DNA of 33,723 nt from Octopus bimaculoides (Eukaryota), in contig NC_068983.1 of NCBI RefSeq assembly GCF_001194135.2, positions 30,631,837-30,665,559 on the forward strand. The letters run 5' to 3'. Under the pieces are notes generated by a model that worked only from the letters and a program-made list of their open reading frames with translations, had not been told where the DNA came from and did no database searches. Of this stretch, positions 32,501 through 33,723 are shown piece by piece. The first letter of the stretch is position 1, and every line of letters begins with the position of its first letter. The translations under genes and the position numbers were made by a program.

Positions 32501-33332
32501 CTGTCTAAATCATTCAGATAATTTAAGATGCATTAAAAAGTGCAAAAGTTGCCATGAACACTGCACTGAATAAACAGGTACAATATTCATAAAAAAGATG
32601 ACAGCTCATTACCAATAGATCAGGGAATCATATACAAGGAAAATTTTCTTGAATCAACATCGAGAAAATTGTTGGTGATACAGTTTATTCAACTACTCCA
32701 TCTTCTCATTCTACCGGTGCAGTAGTGACTCAACAATGGGACAGTGACATGCCAAGAAAGAAATACATTTTATCAACAAATACCAATCAAAAATTAAATG
32801 CATTATGCTTTGAATAATATATGCCCTCATTATGATTTCAAAAACTTTGAAGAAATTACTTTTTTTTAAACCATAGAATCACTGGTTATGTCTAGTAGCA
32901 TTCAAAAACATAAATAACATTAACCACACAACAGCTCTATCCCTTGTCATTGAAACGACTTAAGTAACATACATTTTCAAATCTAACAAGACCACATATG
33001 AAATAAACATGAGGACAGAAAGATGGTTTAGAAGAATCTTAGGAAAACACTACACATTTAGATGAGTGCCAATATTATTCTTTGATAAGCCCAAAACAAT
33101 GAAAAGCAGTTAGTGAATTCCTATTTTTATTGAAGCAATCTTGTACTTTAAATTTGTATATACGATAAAAAAATTCCATTATCTTTTGTGTGAAAAAAGA
33201 AACTGTAATTTATCCTGTAAAATTTTCTCTACCTGAATTATAAGAATTAGAATAACCCTACTTGGCACCTTTTCAAATTTTTGTTATTTCTTCCTCCTCT
33301 CTCTCTCTGTATGTGTGTGTGCATGTATATAT

Positions 33333-33723
33333 ATGGGTAGTTCAGATTCAGCCCAGGTTGCTGATGTGGTTTGTGCTTTTATACTTTATGAATTAGCTGA
33401 TCAATTCCCAAATATTAGAGGGGGTTTTTATAGAGATGATTGTCTCTTATTTCTCAGAGATAGTTCGAAACAACAGGTACAAAGGGTAAAAAATAGATTA
33501 GCTAGATTTTTTCGTAGAATAGGAATGAATATTATTTTTGAGGATAATATATCTGTAGCTAATTTTTTAGATGTTACACTTGATCTACATAATAATTCAT
33601 ATAGGCCGTATCATAAACCTTCAACTAACCTTAGGTATATTAGTAAATTTAGTAATCATCCAAAAGCAATAATAGATAATTTAGTTCACAGTATATCATT
33701 AAGATTGTCTAACCTATCCGCTA
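33333..33723 (+). mobile_element. Penelope-like RT (YRDD type, Naiad-like), 5'-truncated, frame open to the window end
   Basis: Uninterrupted 130 codons MGSSDSAQVADVVCAFILYEL...GGFYRDDCL...NFLDVTLDL..NSYRPYHKP...YISKFSNHP...ISLRLSNLSA. It is missing from the ORF track, presumably because it runs off the window without a stop. Confidence 0.85.

Overview
AT-rich, microsatellite-dense eukaryotic genomic DNA with six assembly gaps. The SINE families and overall style resemble an octopus or other coleoid cephalopod genome (inference). Most ORF-track entries are microsatellite or N-run artefacts. The window is mainly a mosaic of decayed transposons: about ten tRNA-derived SINE copies, RTE, CR1-type and R4-type LINE fragments, two Gypsy remnants, mariner and Tigger relics, a TTAA-flanked MITE and three Penelope-like (PLE) fragments, one with an open RT frame at the window end. 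No host gene is recognisable; there are only weak candidate exons. The best finding is a head-to-tail dimer of an ~340-nt unit (15866-16905, minus strand). Each unit carries a type I hammerhead ribozyme with a palindromic helix III, so it looks like a retrozyme-type element. It is inserted into one SINE and interrupted by another. A second, atypical minimal hammerhead-like fold lies at 6207-6257.
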